Assembly (NCBI RefSeq): GCF_009914755.1
Contig: NC_060929.1
Reading direction: 5' to 3' (one strand)
From: the human T2T-CHM13v2.0 reference genome, Homo sapiens
DNA length: 64,000 nucleotides
Below, piece after piece: positions 46,026-60,800 of this stretch (position 1 is its first letter; each line of letters begins with the position of its first letter). A program made the position numbers and the translations under genes. The notes under the pieces were generated by a model. It had not been told where the DNA came from, did no database searches, and worked only from the letters and a program-made list of their open reading frames with translations.

Positions 46026-48679
46026 TCCTCTCTATTTAAATCAGCATCCTCTGTGCCTCCACACACATGGCAGATGTCCACCCCACAGAACACAAGTGTA
46101 TGTGTCCTGCAGGTGCAGCCATACACATAGATGGGCTGCATCCTTGAATCCCAATTCCACATTCCCAGGGAAATTCCACTGGCTCATCTACACCAAGGTT
46201 CCACGCGATTAGCTGCAGGTGAAGTGGAAGGCCAAGCCCGTACATTGACAAGGATGGTGGGACAGGACCACCTTGAGATCTACAATAAGCCAGGGTAATG
46301 GTGGAATAGCCCTGGGGCACCCACAACCTTACATCTGACACATAGAATGTCATTCGAGCCTCAAGTCAACACACAGGGTAGGGAAGTATGAACTCCACTT
46401 TACCTAGAGGGAACTGAAGCCAGTGATGTACAGACAGGTTGCAGAAGCAGGGGTAGGACTCAGCTCTTATGATCCCTCATCCAGTGCTCTTTCTGCCAGT
46501 GTCACCTTGGCCCTCTGGTTAACCGTGCTTGGAAGATTCTTCTCAAGACAGGGCCACTGTGCTTCCGAGGGAACTGTAGCCAGGTTTCTGAGGCACAGGG
46601 CTTGGAATATAATCTTGTGTAATATTCCAAGGAACAGATGTAAACAACTGTGATCATCCCGGAGCAATACCATCCAAACCCATCTCCCTGGAGGACTCTG
46701 CCCATCAACAACAATCTTGTCATTTTGGCCAGCTGGTGCGCCATATTCACTATGCCATGTCTCTAAGGACTGGCAACTCCTCCTGGCTTTGTATTTTATC
46801 CTCTTTGCTGGCTTCTAGTGAATTTTTAAAAAACTGAGTATTTTGCCTCTTCAGTTAAACTAGTTGGCTTCCATTTAATTTTTTTTAAAAAAATTCAATA
46901 TATTGATTTTTCCTTTTACTGATGATCTCTTTGGCAACCATGCTTGTAGAGAAGCCATTTAGTTTTCTGGTTAAGTTGGACTAGCGTTTCAAACTGTCCC
47001 AGACTAGCAGCCCCTGTGGGCACTTCCAGGGGTTCTGAGCCATGCGCTCATTTTCAGAGATGGGGCTGGGCCGAGCCAGCCAAGTGTGGAACCTGTTGTT
47101 CACACCTGTGTTAGCCAGTGCCTCAGATGGCCAACAGAGCCCTGAGGGGTGAGTCTCTCCCATTTGCCAGGCTCGGCGTTGCCTGTGGGGCCCAATGGGG
47201 AGAGCAGAGGTGTCTAGTGTCTATCCGCTCCCTCCAGCAGAGGACACTGGGGAAGTGGAGCCACACTCACCTCCTGCTTGGCTGTTTCCCTGCCCCTTTT
47301 TGGAAAGGTCTCCATTTCACATTGCCAATCGTTTGCCAACTTAAGTTCCAAGCCAAAGCCATGTTGGGCCTTTGAATTTTTGGATGTTTGGCAGGTGACA
47401 TTTGTATCAGAAGAGTCCCGTGGAAGAGGCAAGAGGCCTAAAACATGCGTCCCTTGGTTGCAAGGCAGGAAACCTAATTCTGGGGCTGTTTGCACCCTAC
47501 AACCATGGAAGAGCTGACTCACACCTCCATAACTCAACCTCTCCTCCTCAAAGATGGGGATGATGTGGTCAGTCAGAACTTTCTGAGGCCACTGGACACA
47601 TTCAGAAAGTGTGTTCAAGAGTACCTTGGCCTGTGGGATAAAAAGCTCTCTGATCATAAACAAGCATGATTACTTATCATTTTGTTACAACTTCTCAACC
47701 AGGCCAGACTTGGACTGCTGGCTGAATCCCATTTCTCTCCTCTTGGACTGAGTGCCTGAACTATTCAGATCCAATGTGTCCTTCCCTCCTGACAGCCTGC
47801 CAGGTCTCCAGTGATATTTATTGACCAGCCTGGTGCATGGGGCACACCATTGGCAGCTTAGACTACAAACTCCCCCAGCACGGATTGTTTCTCACTCTGT
47901 GTTCAGCACAGTAACTAGAAATTAGCAATCAAAAATAGTTGAGATCATCATGTTGGGCTGTTTTCTGTCTGGCAAGTGTGTGCATCCTGATCTCTGCCAC
48001 AGACTCTCCTAGGAAAAACCTGCTGTCATTCCTTCTGTCTGTTCCCTAGCCCAGGGGACAGCAGCCTGCATTTTGTGGGCAGCAGCAGCTCTCATGACTG
48101 TACCTATTTTGGTCAGACACTGAGGGAACAGGCAAGAATTCCTACAGAGTTACACAGGGGAAGAAGGGATCTGCCCCACATTTAGCAACTTACACATCTC
48201 AAGTGAGACGAGGAGAAAAATTCTGAAGATTGGAATAGAAAAGAAAACCAAGAATAATGGAGAATGTATTCACACGGGCTAAAGACAAAAGTTTAGGGAC
48301 CAGGCTATGGTCAAAGAGCATTCTCCCTCCACTCTGAGTTTGGGCACCCTCCTCTGTCTGGAGCAATGGCCTGTCCCTTCTGATGCTCTGGCAAGAGCTC
48401 CAGGATTTTCCCATAGGCTATGAGGATGGACTCTTCATTTCTCTACACAAATTTAGAGGAAGAAGATTTCACCACAGAATCTCAGAATAGTCACCCTCAG
48501 CTAGGACCTTACTCACAAGATAGGGAAGCCAGGCATGTGATGGAAAAGAACACTCTATTTAGGGCAAATGCTTTCTGGAACCATTCCCCCTACTGAGCAA
48601 AGTGAGGTTGAGGATTATGGAGAGAAGACAAGGCAGAGGATACACTAAAATGAGCCTCCAAAATGGAAACCATCCAAGC

Positions 48680-48930
48680 AGTGCCTATTTGGGAGAAGCC
48701 GATCTCATGGCAGAGGGAAAAAAGAAAGTCAACCACCAATGGCCAGGATACAGAGTATATCACATTTGCTCACATTCCACTGGCTGAACACAATAAGTAG
48801 GATGGCCAGGCCAAAGTCAATGGGGCAGGGAAACAGACTCTTTTCCATAGCGGGAGCCACTGTAAAGCACACGGCAATTGGCAGGGATGAGGAAGGCAGG
48901 GAGCAGCTGAGAGCAACCATGCATCCCACC
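48680..48930 (-). mobile_element. Old MLT1-type LTR fragment
   Basis: 'tcacatttgctcacattccactggctgaacac...atggccaggccaaagtcaatggggcaggga'. Confidence 0.55.
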
Positions 48931-49117
48931 GCAGGCCTGTGTCATGACCCCATACATGTATGCAGCTGGGAGATCCCTTTCCTGTGGACATGGAAGCTTT
49001 CCCCCAATCTACACAGTGCCTTTGGAGATGGCAAGTCCTTATGGCTTGTCTTTCCGTCTTTTTTGTGTGTGGTACCATATACATAACATAAAATTTACCC
49101 TTTTAACCATTTTTTAA

Positions 49118-49405
<288 letters not shown>

Positions 49406-49649
49406 TAACCATTTTTAAGCATAGAGTTCAGTAGCATTAAATATATTCACACTGTTGTACAACCGTCATCACCATCCAACACCAACTTTTTTATCCTCTC
49501 AAACTGAAACTGTATACCTATTAAGCGCTCATTCCCCCGCCCTCTAGTCCCTGGCAGCCACCATTCTACTTTCTGGCTGTATGAATTTGACTGCTCTAGA
49601 TAGCTCATGTATGTGTTAGCATTTCTTTCCTTTTAAAGGCTAACATTCT

Positions 49650-49737
49650 ATTATATATGTTATATATATATGCATAACATATTTTTTTGTTATATATATA
49701 TATCACATATATATTATATTATATAGATTATATATAC
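49650..49737. repeat. Imperfect (TA)n low-complexity tract
   Basis: Runs of tatata visible in the sequence. Confidence 0.85.
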
Positions 49738-50879
49738 CACATTTTGTTTATCCATTTATCTGTTGATAGACCCACGGGCTGCCCCACCTTTTGCCCTTGC
49801 GAATAATGCTGTGAACATGAACGTGTAGATATCTCTTCAGGCCTCTGCTTTCAGTTCTCTTGGGTATATACACAGAGGTGGGATTGCTGGATCACATGGT
49901 AATTCTGTGTTTAATTTTTCTTGAGAAAGGCCCTTACTGTTTGTCATAGATTGCGGCCTTTCTTGTCTCTGAAGTGCAGCAGGCAGGGGCTTCTGCTTGT
50001 GATAATTTTTTCTTGTTTTTGCCAGAGCCACCTATGCAGTCCCTCGGTCTGCTTCTTTCCCCATTTGAGTGCATTAGTGAGAATGTTCAGGAATCTATTG
50101 ATTCATCTTTCCTAAGTGCCATTTTTTAATACTGACAGCAAAAGGCTATTCTGTGTCTCTTGCTTGTTTACTGCTGGTGGTTTGGGGCATGGGGGTCTTC
50201 TTATTCTTTTTTGTTTGTTTGTTATATTTTCTTAAGTTGTGGGGAAGAGAAATTCTATATTATTGTTTCATTCTGTCATCTTATCCGGGAAATGTGTTTC
50301 TTCAGTTTTTGCTTAATATTATAATGTATCTTCTATCCAATTTCAGCGATGGTGTATGTCATGAAAGAGACAGCTACTGCAGGCTAAAATGCTGTTTTAA
50401 AATCACTATGTGTTATGGCACTTTCCGTAGCTCTTCAAGATACTAAAACGTTCCTTTTAATTACACCAACAACTCTAACTAGGAGCTGTTACAATTTCTT
50501 TTATGTAGCAAAGGAAGGCCGATTCTGAGGGTTTGAATATCTTTGTTTTCATGAATATTCAGTAAGACTCTTAATAAAGAAAATAATTGTTAATATGCAA
50601 TTGGGGATGAAATGATAGGAAATTACTCAAGCTTTTCTCAACAGAGCTGTGATATCATCTGGCTAGGCTTCTTCAGGCTCCCTTGAAATGCAGGAAGACT
50701 GATAGTTATTTTTACAAATCTTTGCTCTAAACTTGGATGAGGCTAAATAAAAGATGTCTTAGATTGTGGATAGATGCTCAGCAGGCATTGCAGGCCTCAG
50801 CATGGGAAGTTCTAATCGATTCACTCCTAAATATTGGGCTTGCTAGCCCCAGATGAGGCTTTTCCAGACCTGATGTGAT

Positions 50880-51290
50880 CTCCTGGTCTCTACTAACAGC
50901 CATTTCTGGCTTCTGTTTGCAGAGGCAGCTTCCAGTACAGAGGCAAAATTGCTGCAGATCTTCTCAGCCTCCCTCATGCTAGGGTGTAGGCATGTGGCTT
51001 GGCCCTGGCCATTGTGTCCTGAGGGTAAATTTACTGGGGTTTCTGGAAACACTATTTGTCCAGGATAGAAAGTGACACACATGCAGAAACAGCCTTTCCT
51101 CTTTGCTAGCCTCAGCCTCTTCTGCATGTGTCCCTGGCACTGCTGCTGCCATTGTGCAGATGATGGAAGCCAGTGCAGATGATGGAAGCTACACATGAGG
51201 GTCGGTGGGGGAGACGGAAGAGGAGCACCTGGCACCTTGCAGAACAAGGACCTGTTTTAGTGTCTAGGTCACTTGTTCAGTCTTCTACTT
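50880..51290 (+). mobile_element. MLT1-type LTR fragment
   Basis: 'ttctcagcctccctcatgctagggtgtaggcatgtggct' is MLT1-like. Confidence 0.55.
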
Positions 51291-52099
51291 TTGCAGACGC
51301 TAAATAGAAAAATAAGGGCAATGTAGTAGCTTCTACTAAAACAAAAATGTACACACTTTGTGATGGTATTATAATGTACTTTCTTTTAGAAAGGTAACTT
51401 TTATGGTAATAATAAATGAAAGATTTTTTTTTAAATGGTACTTGGCAGAGCAAAATGTTAGCAACCGTACATTAGTCTCCAAAGTATTTTTGAAATTTTA
51501 CTGATCCATGAAATCTGAAATTCTGGGAACCACTGCTCTAACTTGAGAAAAACTCATTCTTGGACTAAGACTCAGATTGGTTTGTAGCCCAGCAGCTCTC
51601 CTTTCTGGCCACTCTTTTATAGGAAAGGCTTGTGATTCTCACTCCTGCCCTTCATTCGGTTTCCTGCTTAGAGAGAAGGAAAAAAAGAGGAAAGAGTCGT
51701 TCACTGAGCTTTAACTTTTTTGACTGAGGTACCAATAAACCCTTGGGTGCCTTCACACACTCTCTCTCTATACACACAGACACATAGACATGCACACACT
51801 TTTCAACTTGCTGATTGTAAAGAAAAATAGAGCTGAGGGCATCTGCATCAACAAAGCAGTTGCACCAAGGCAACACTGTCTTGTGCAGCTAAGGCTCGAT
51901 CCAGCCATGACCCAAGAGGCCAAAGAAGGAAGATTTGTTTTCTTCATGAGTTACTTATTTTTATAACATTCTTCCGGGCCCAAGAAGCAGAGGATGACGT
52001 TGGATGTTTGTCTTCCTGAGTATGATTTGCGCTGGAAAAACAAGGCAGGCACTGGTGTTAGAAAGGTTTTCTTATAAGTCTTGATCCTCTGCAGTCCTG

Positions 52100-52280
52100 C
52101 TGGGCTGGGACTTGCCAGTGGATGAGTGCCTCAATCTCTTAGCCTCAGTTTCCTCTTCTATAAAATCAATAATGATGATGATGATGATAAGATAATGGAC
52201 AAAAAGCACCTACTATTCTGCCTGGAATATAGTATATACCACGTGCTCATTAGGTGGTATATACAACTACTATTACTTTC
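52100..52280. mobile_element. MIR with (gat)n microsatellite
   Basis: Core 'ctcaatctcttagcctcagtttcctcttctataaaat'. Confidence 0.65.
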
Positions 52281-52884
52281 CCTAAGTTTGGTGACAGTAG
52301 TTTAAAAAAGAGCAAACTCAATTCTACAACAAAAATATGAATTAACAGTAGTGTAGTTTTAGAGTCCTTAGCTTGTAGGAACACATTTCAAAGTATTTCA
52401 TGATGAAATGGTATAATGATGGCCTAAATAATCCAGGGTAAGGCAGTATAGTTGGAAACAAGATTGGTCACGTGTTGATTGCAGATGCTGGGTGAAGAAA
52501 GAGCAGTCATTAAACGATTCCCTCTACTTTTGCATATGTTTGATAATTTCCAAAATAAATAAAACAAAACAAAAATAAACAAACAATAGTTGATAAGTTC
52601 TTGCCCAAAGCAAAGAACACCAAATTAAATATTTTCAGTGGTGTAGGAAATACCATTTGTTAGCATCCCATTCCCTCATAAGGATATTGCCTTAGCTAAA
52701 TACATAACCTCTCACTCTTTCCTGCATTAGAACTACTTGAAGGGACCCCATCTGTCTGTCTCATAGGGCTTTTCTCTTAATCAGTTATTGGCAATTGAAT
52801 TATTATGAAATTGATGGAAAGAATGATCTGATTAGAATATTTTGATGTGGAATTTTTTTAAAAAAAAATTCAAGTTTCATTTTA

Positions 52885-53268
<384 letters not shown>

Positions 53269-53582
53269 TGATTGATCCCATCATCCAGGTAGTGAGCATA
53301 ATACCCAATATATAGTTTTTCCATTCTTACCCTCCCCCTTCCAGTTGTCCTCAGTGTCTATTGTCCCCCTCTCTATGGCCATGTATAACCCAGTGTTTGC
53401 CTCCCACTGATAAGACAGGACATATATTTGGTATTCTGTTTTTGTATTTGGTGTTCTGTTTCTGTGCTAACTCACTTAGGATAAAGGCTTCTAGCTGCAA
53501 TTGTGTTGCTACAAAAGACATGATTTCTTTCTTTTTTGTGTCTGGGTAGTACTCCATGGAGTGTATATACCACATTTTCTTT

Positions 53583-55642
53583 TTTTTTTTTTTTCAACTT
53601 TTAAGTTCAGAGGTACATGTGCAGGTTTGTTACATAGGTAAACTTGTGTCACGGGGATTTGTTGTACAGATTATTTCATCACCCAGATTAAGCCCAGTAC
53701 CCATTAGTTATTTTTCCTGATCCTCTCCTTCCTCCCTTCCTCCACCCTTCAGTAGGCTCCACTGTGTTTTGTTTTCCTCTATGTGTCCATGTGTTCTCAT
53801 CATTTAGCTCCCACTTAAGAGTGAGAACATGTGGTATTTGGTTTTTGGTTCCTGCATTAGTTTGCTAAGGATGATGGCCTCTAGCTCCATCCATGTTCCT
53901 ACAAAGGACATGATCTTGTTTTTTTATGGCTGCATAGTACTCCATGGTGTATATGTGCCACATTTTCTTTTTCTTTTTTTTTTGAGACAGAGTTTTGCTC
54001 TTGTTACCCAGGCTGGAGAGAAATAGCACGATCTCGGCTAACCGCAACCTCCACCTCCTGGGTTCAAGGATTCTCCTGCCTCAGCCTCCCGAGTAGCTGG
54101 GATTACAGGCATGCGCCACCACGCCCAGCTAACTTTGTATTTTTAGTAGAGACGAGGTTTCTCCATGTTGGTCAGGCTGGTCTTGAACTCCTGACCTCAG
54201 GTGATCCACCCACCTAGGCCTCCCAAAGTGCTGGGATTACAGGTGTGAGCCACCACACCCGGCCTATATGTACTACATTTCCTTTATCCAGTCTATCATT
54301 GTTGGGCATTTAGTTTGATTCCATGTCTTTGCTATTGTGAATAGTCCTGCAATGAACATATGCGTGCATGTGTCTTTGTGGGAGAATGATTGATATTCCT
54401 TTGGGTGTATACCCAGTAACGGGAGTGCTGGATCAAATGGTATTTCTGTTTTTAGGTCCTTGAGGAGTCGCCACACTGCTTTCCACAATGATTGAACTAA
54501 GTTACACTGTCACCAACAGTGTATAAGCATTCCTTTTTCTTCATAAACTTGCCAGCATCTGTTATGTTTTGATTTTTTAATAATAGCTGTTCTAACTGGT
54601 GTGAGATAGTATCTCATTGTGGTTTGGATTTGCATTTCTCTAATAATCAGGAATATTGAGCTTTTTTTCATATGCTTGTTGGCTGCATGTATGTCTTCTT
54701 CTGAAAAGTGTCTGATCATGTCCTTTGCCTACTTTTTGATCGGGTTATTTGTTTTTTCTTGTAAATTTGTTTAAGTTCCTTATAGATGCTGGATATTAGA
54801 CCTTTGTCAGATGCAAATTTTGCAAATATTTTCTCCCATTCTGTAGGTTATTTATTCTGTTGATAGTTTCTTTTGCTGTGCAGAAGCTCTTTAGTTTAAT
54901 TAGATCTCATTTGTCAATTTTTGCTTTAGTTGCAATTGCTTCTGGCATCTGCCCATTGCTACGTTCAGAATGGTATTGCCTAGATTGCCTTCTAGGGTTT
55001 TTATAGTTGTGGGTTTTACATTTAAGTCTTTAATCCATCTTGAGTTCATTTTTGTGTATGGTGTAAGGAAGGGGTCCAGTTTTGATCTTCTGCATATGGC
55101 TAGCCAGTTCTCCCAGCACCATTTATTGAATAGGGAATCCTTTCCCCGTTGTTTGTTTTTGTCAGCTTTGTTGAAGATCAGATGCGTGTAGGGGTGTGGC
55201 CTTATTTCTGGGCTCTTTATTCTGTTCCATTGGTCTATGTGTCTGTTTTTGTACCAGTACCATGCTGTTTGGTTACTGTAGCCTTGTAGTATTGTTTGAA
55301 GTTGGGTAGTGTGATGCCTCCAGTTTTGTTCTTTTTGCTTAGGATTGCCTTGGCTATTGGGCTCTTTTTTGAATTTTAAAATAGTTTTTTTTTTAACTAT
55401 TTTAAACATACGCATTTTAAAATAGTTTTTTTCTAGTTCTGTGAAGAATATCGTGGGTAGTTTGATAGGAATAGCGTTGAATCTATACATTGCTTTGGGC
55501 AGCATGGCCATCTTAATGATATTCTTTGTATACATGAGCATGAAGTGTTTTTCCATTTGTTTGTGTCATCACTGATTTCTTTGAGCAGTATTTTGTAGTC
55601 TTCATTCTGGAGATTTTTCACCTCTCCAGTTTTTATGTATTA
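53583..55642 (-). mobile_element. Inner 5'-truncated L1PA; ORF 54900-55556 is its ORF2 remnant
   Basis: Poly(T) tail, L1PA 3' UTR, and ORF2 motifs '[11 protein letters not shown]', '[16 protein letters not shown]' and '[10 protein letters not shown]'; 16-bp TSD. Confidence 0.92.
53971..54264 (-). mobile_element. AluSp-like inserted in the inner L1
   Basis: 'gctcttgtt' and 'tttctccatgttggtcagg'; ~21-bp imperfect TSD at 53950-53970 and 54265-54285. Confidence 0.94.
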
Positions 55643-58269
55643 ATACCACATTTTCTTTATCCAGTCCACTATTGATGGGCACCTGGGCTGATTCCAAGTC
55701 TTTGCTATTGTGAATAGTACTGCAATGAACATATGAGTGCATATGTCTTTTGGCAGAATGATTTATATTCCTTTGGGTACATACCCAGTAATGGGATTGC
55801 TGGGTTGAATGGTAGTTCTATTTTTAGTTCCTTGACAAATCTCCAAATTGCTTTCCACAGTGGCTGAACTAATTTACCCTCCCACCAGCAGTGTATAATG
55901 TTCCCTTTTCTCTGCAGCCTCACAAACACCTGCTATTTTTATTTATTTTTTTAACAATAGCCATTCTGACTGCTATGAGATGGTATCTCATTGTAGTTCT
56001 GATTTGCATTTCTTTAATAATCAGTGATGTTGATCTTGTTTTCATATGGTCGTTGGCCATTTGTCTGCCTTATTTTGAAAAGTATCTGTTCATGTTCTTT
56101 GCCCACTTTCTAATGGGGCTATTTGTTTTATGCTTGTTGAATTATTTAAGTTCCTTCTGGATTCTGGATATTGGACCTTTGTCAGATGCATAGTTTGCAA
56201 ATATTTTCTCTGAGGGGGAGAAATTTAAACATTACTTTTAAGGTTAAGTTTTCATCTTGATTTAGGGACAATCAACTCCAACAGTGTCCATAACCATAGC
56301 TGTCATTGCTAAATTTGGCAAATAGGAATTCCTGGCCACCCATGGAGCCTTTAAAAGCTGTTTAGAGGGGCTGTGCATTAAAAAGGTTCTTTCCGGGAGA
56401 AGAAGATATAAGGATTGTGGACTTTAAGGCAAGTTTCCGCAGAAATGTTAGGGAAAAATGTTTGTGTCTTGAGATATACATATATATATAAAATTTTTTT
56501 TAAAAAACTCATGATGGGAACTCAAACTTCAAAGTTAAATAAAGGAGTAATTATCCTCTCCAAAAGAGTCACTCTTGGAATTCCTTAAAATAATAGTATT
56601 CTCCCCATAGGTTTAAGTATTTGTTTACATATCATTAACAACTTCCTTGAAAACTCTGGAAGGAAAGCAGGCTGAGGGAGAAGACACTCAATGCTGGAAT
56701 GTCAGTTGGTGCACACAGTCAATTAAGGATCAGTCAAAAGACAGGCTCATTTTGGAATTCTCATGTAAGTAAATGGGAAATGATTCAAGCTACAGAACTT
56801 GAGCAAACATACAGTAGTGTGAAAAGGGCACATCGGTATGGTCCCATCTCCCCGACTCTGTAGTCAGGAAGCAGACTCGGGGGCTTGCATGCTCCACAGT
56901 GGCCTCATTAAAGTTGCTGACAGACTTCCCTTAATTAGTCCCTTGGGAAGGAGACTTTGTACTCTAGGGACTCTAAGAAAGAGAATCCTGTAAGGATAGC
57001 TGTTTGCTCATTTCCAGTTTCTGGAGAAGTGGTTTGTTTTCCTGGCTTTAAGGGTTACTCAGTCCTCAAAGAATGTCAGAGATCTTTCTTTACCCTGACA
57101 GAGAGATATGCCATTTAGGTGGTTCAGGTTCCAGCTAACTTTAGAATTGGAAATAACAGTACATTTAATGAAATGTTGTATTATATGAATTTTAAGTAGA
57201 ATAATGAAGACATCCTAATAATTTTTAGACAAAAACACCAGGATTTTTTTTTTTTATCCAAATGAACAAAATCCTTTAAAGGTCACTTATTCAAAGCATA
57301 TTTGGAATACCTTTCATGGTATTACCTTGGGTCAGTTTGTAAGACACATTTGGGGCCATAATGATTATATGCAAATTACTTACCAGATTTTATTTTGAAA
57401 GAGTTTGGGCTTTTGTGAAAATCAAATTTATCCTACCCTGGGAGACAGTCTAAAAAGCAATTTTAAAACTTTCTTGAATGATGATTTTACTCTTAGAATG
57501 AGTACGGAGTGATCTCCAGTTGCTACATGGAAGGAGACAACATTCATTTGGAAAGTGGAGTTCTAATGTGTTGATTTTAGAGGCCAGTACAGGATAGTTT
57601 GTACAATTATTTCTGTAATTGTATTTAAATGTGAGATAAAATGAAACAGTTGGTCCCCCTACTACTTCCCTCTAGCAGGAGCTTTCCACATTGGTGGGGA
57701 CCTGGACCCTAAGCGCATCAGGTGGGGTCCTGGCCCTACCTACACTGAGATACTCCTCAAGCTAGATGTGCCCGCAGCTTATTATCTTATTTCATAGTTT
57801 CAACATAGAGTCTCTTTTAAATCTCAAAATAAAATATTTAATTTCTCAGTTTTGCTTTTTTCCTATTCTAAACTTCATGAATAGAATTATTTCTTATTGC
57901 AATTAGCCTGGCTGTGATAACATGGATGTTGCTACCCTCTTTCATTCAGCTCATATTATATTTTAGCCACTTCTGTGGGTGCTTTTTCAGTATATCCAAT
58001 CATGCTCCTGTGGTTGTTATTATCTGGGCACCTAGCATGGTCTCCCAGATAGCATTTTGCTGAAGTTGGGATGTAATCCTTTTTTACCTTCATATTTATT
58101 ATAGATACATAGCAACAGGAGAAGATTTTTATTCTAACAATAATACAAACAAGAAACAGGAACTAAAGTTCTATTCATTTACATAACATTAATTTGAATG
58201 AGTAAAAATAAAATACCAAAATTGATGATATTGAAAGAAGTATTCTCTTGTTTATTGCCTCTGGGCCAC

Positions 58270-58664
58270 GAAACAGGTTTATGAGTGCATTTAATACACA
58301 GTGTATCTACCCTTTGGCTTTCCTTCTCCCTAGTCCCTGAGTGACCTGGCTCAGGGAGAAGTTGGGGCACAGAGGCAGAGGCACAGGAGGGTCCATCTTG
58401 CCAGGATGAATCAGGCCAACGCAGCTGCTGGCCTGGGCACAAGCGTGGGTGGCCACCTGTGTCTCCCCAAACAGCTGTTTGGTAGAGGGCCAGCCAAAGC
58501 CCCGTTGGTGGGGTGGAGGCAGGCAGCCAGTTGGGTGGCCAATACATTCTGGCATGGGCTGAAAGAACACCTGGTTCCACTCTGTGGACCCACCACAGAA
58601 GGTCAAAGAATGTGCTTGCTGGCGGCAACCTGATGGCCCAACTTTTCAAGCCCTGATGGTCTTG
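58270..58664 (-). other. Candidate minus-strand terminal exon
   Basis: Acceptor tttctttctgtttcaatcacag|c (AG at 58666-58665); ATTAAA on the minus strand at 58295-58290; unique GC-richer sequence. Confidence 0.25.
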
Positions 58665-59249
58665 CTGTGATTGAAACAGAAAGAAACTCACCTTTCTTCC
58701 TTATAATGTATCCTAGAGCCAACATGGAAATCATTCTGTTCCAGTTATGTTGAAATAGGTCAACTAGGCCATCTGTCTGGCATGTCTGGAAATGGTGCAT
58801 TAGACTATCAGGCAGGGATAGGCTGCATGATTTACGACAAGGTATTTCAGGGGAGATGAGAGCTCCCTACGCTGTGTTTGGTTGCTAACTGCCATTGAGA
58901 CATCTTCCATCCTAGAATGTTTCTGACCTTCCTTTTCCTCCTCTTGCCATTAACTCTTAGAAACCACTTTAGGTCCCCACTTGTAATTCTGTTATCACAC
59001 ACTGAGATTCCCATAGTCAATACCACCAGCTACCAAGACGGGAACCCAAAGCTCCCTGTTCCCTGACTCCTGAGGCCCCTCCTAAGGCCTCAGGACCATT
59101 GTTCCTCAGGAAAGAGGATGTTATTTCCTGTGGTTTGGTGAGTGGGTATCTCTCTAGCCAACGAGCACCCTTCCCAACTTCCTTGCCCCAGATGCAGATC
59201 CAGCAGCTGCCCCGCTGTGTGCTGAAGAGGTGATACTTCTCGCATTGGT

Positions 59250-59430
59250 CCTGTGACCCCCTGGCAACTTAACCTCTCTGTGCCTCAGTTTTGGCACTTG
59301 TTAATGGGGACTGATAGTACTGTCCTCCTAGTTTTGTTGTAAAACACTCAATAAGACAGCATATGTTAAGTGCTTAGCACAGGACCTGGGTGCAGCAGAT
59401 GCTCAGCAAATATTAGCTGTATGAATGAAT
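59250..59430. mobile_element. MIR
   Basis: 'acttaacctctctgtgcctcagttt...gtgcttagcacagg...gctcagcaaatattagct'. Confidence 0.8.
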
Positions 59431-60291
59431 GACCATGATTGATGCCACTCTCCAGACACAGAGGCTCACACCTGGCCTGGAGTGGCCCTGGAGTAGGACT
59501 TCCTGCTGCCACCTTTGCTTGGAATTTCAGGGGCCTCATCTCAAAATTACTGCACTGCCAGCAGGAATTTCAAAGTGAGCATAGTTCTGTGGGCCCATAA
59601 GGGGACTTGCTATCCACAACTCCCCTTGCTGGGGGGCACAGACTACACTCCTCCCAGAATCCTATCAGCCTTGAGCTTGTAGAAGCCACCTAGTGTTGAA
59701 CCATCGACCTGAGGAAGGCACTCTGACTTCTGAGAGGCCTAAAGTTGGTGGGATAACTTGTCGCCTCTTACATGAGAACTTTCTGCAAGGTAGGGTATCC
59801 AACCCAAGAAGAAACCTCTTGATTTTCACAAGCCTTAAGGGCTGGGCAATGAAATCTGATTGGTTAGGCATGCTGTCATGTGCCCTGAGGTGAATGGGAA
59901 TATTCAGGCTCCCCAATCCCTGCAGTCAGGGACATCATGTATTATTGGACCCTTGTGCAAACCACACAGTGTCTTTCTGGTGAAGACAGGACATAGCTGT
60001 GGAAATTCACTTCATTACCTATGCAGCTGAAGGCTTTCAGTGGGCTAAGAGGAGCCATTGATCAAAAGACAACACGGGCATAACCTTGGTTTCCCCACAA
60101 AGTGGAGCCAGCTTTCAAACCACAGTTCCATTTCAGGACTCAGATATCATCTGTGGATGAAATGAGGGACAATGAATGCTAGAAATAGCCCTCTGAGAAA
60201 AAGATGGGAGAAAAGACCATTTTCTTTTTAAGTTGAAGCTTGAGGTTTTGAACTCAGGCACAAAACCATTGTGAACAGCTGTTCTTTTTAA

Positions 60292-60667
<376 letters not shown>

Positions 60668-60745
60668 ACGTATCTGCCACTTTTAAATGCAGCAACTTTC
60701 CTGTGACCACTTAATTAGAATTTTTCAGTTCTCTTGGGCTGTGAC

Positions 60746-60800
60746 TTCTTTTTCTACCTGAACAAGATTTCTTTTTCTACCTGAACAAGATTTCTTTTTC
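60746..60800. repeat. 23-bp tandem duplication (2.4 copies)
   Basis: ttctttttctacctgaacaagat occurs twice, followed by a partial third copy. Confidence 0.95.

Noticed and set aside
46168-46177. Perfect NF-kB site GGGAAATTCC
   Set aside because: A single 10-mer in 64 kb with no supporting cluster; some kB-type match is expected by chance.
54900-55556. 218-aa ORF
   Set aside because: It is a frameshifted LINE-1 ORF2 C-terminal remnant in a 5'-truncated element.
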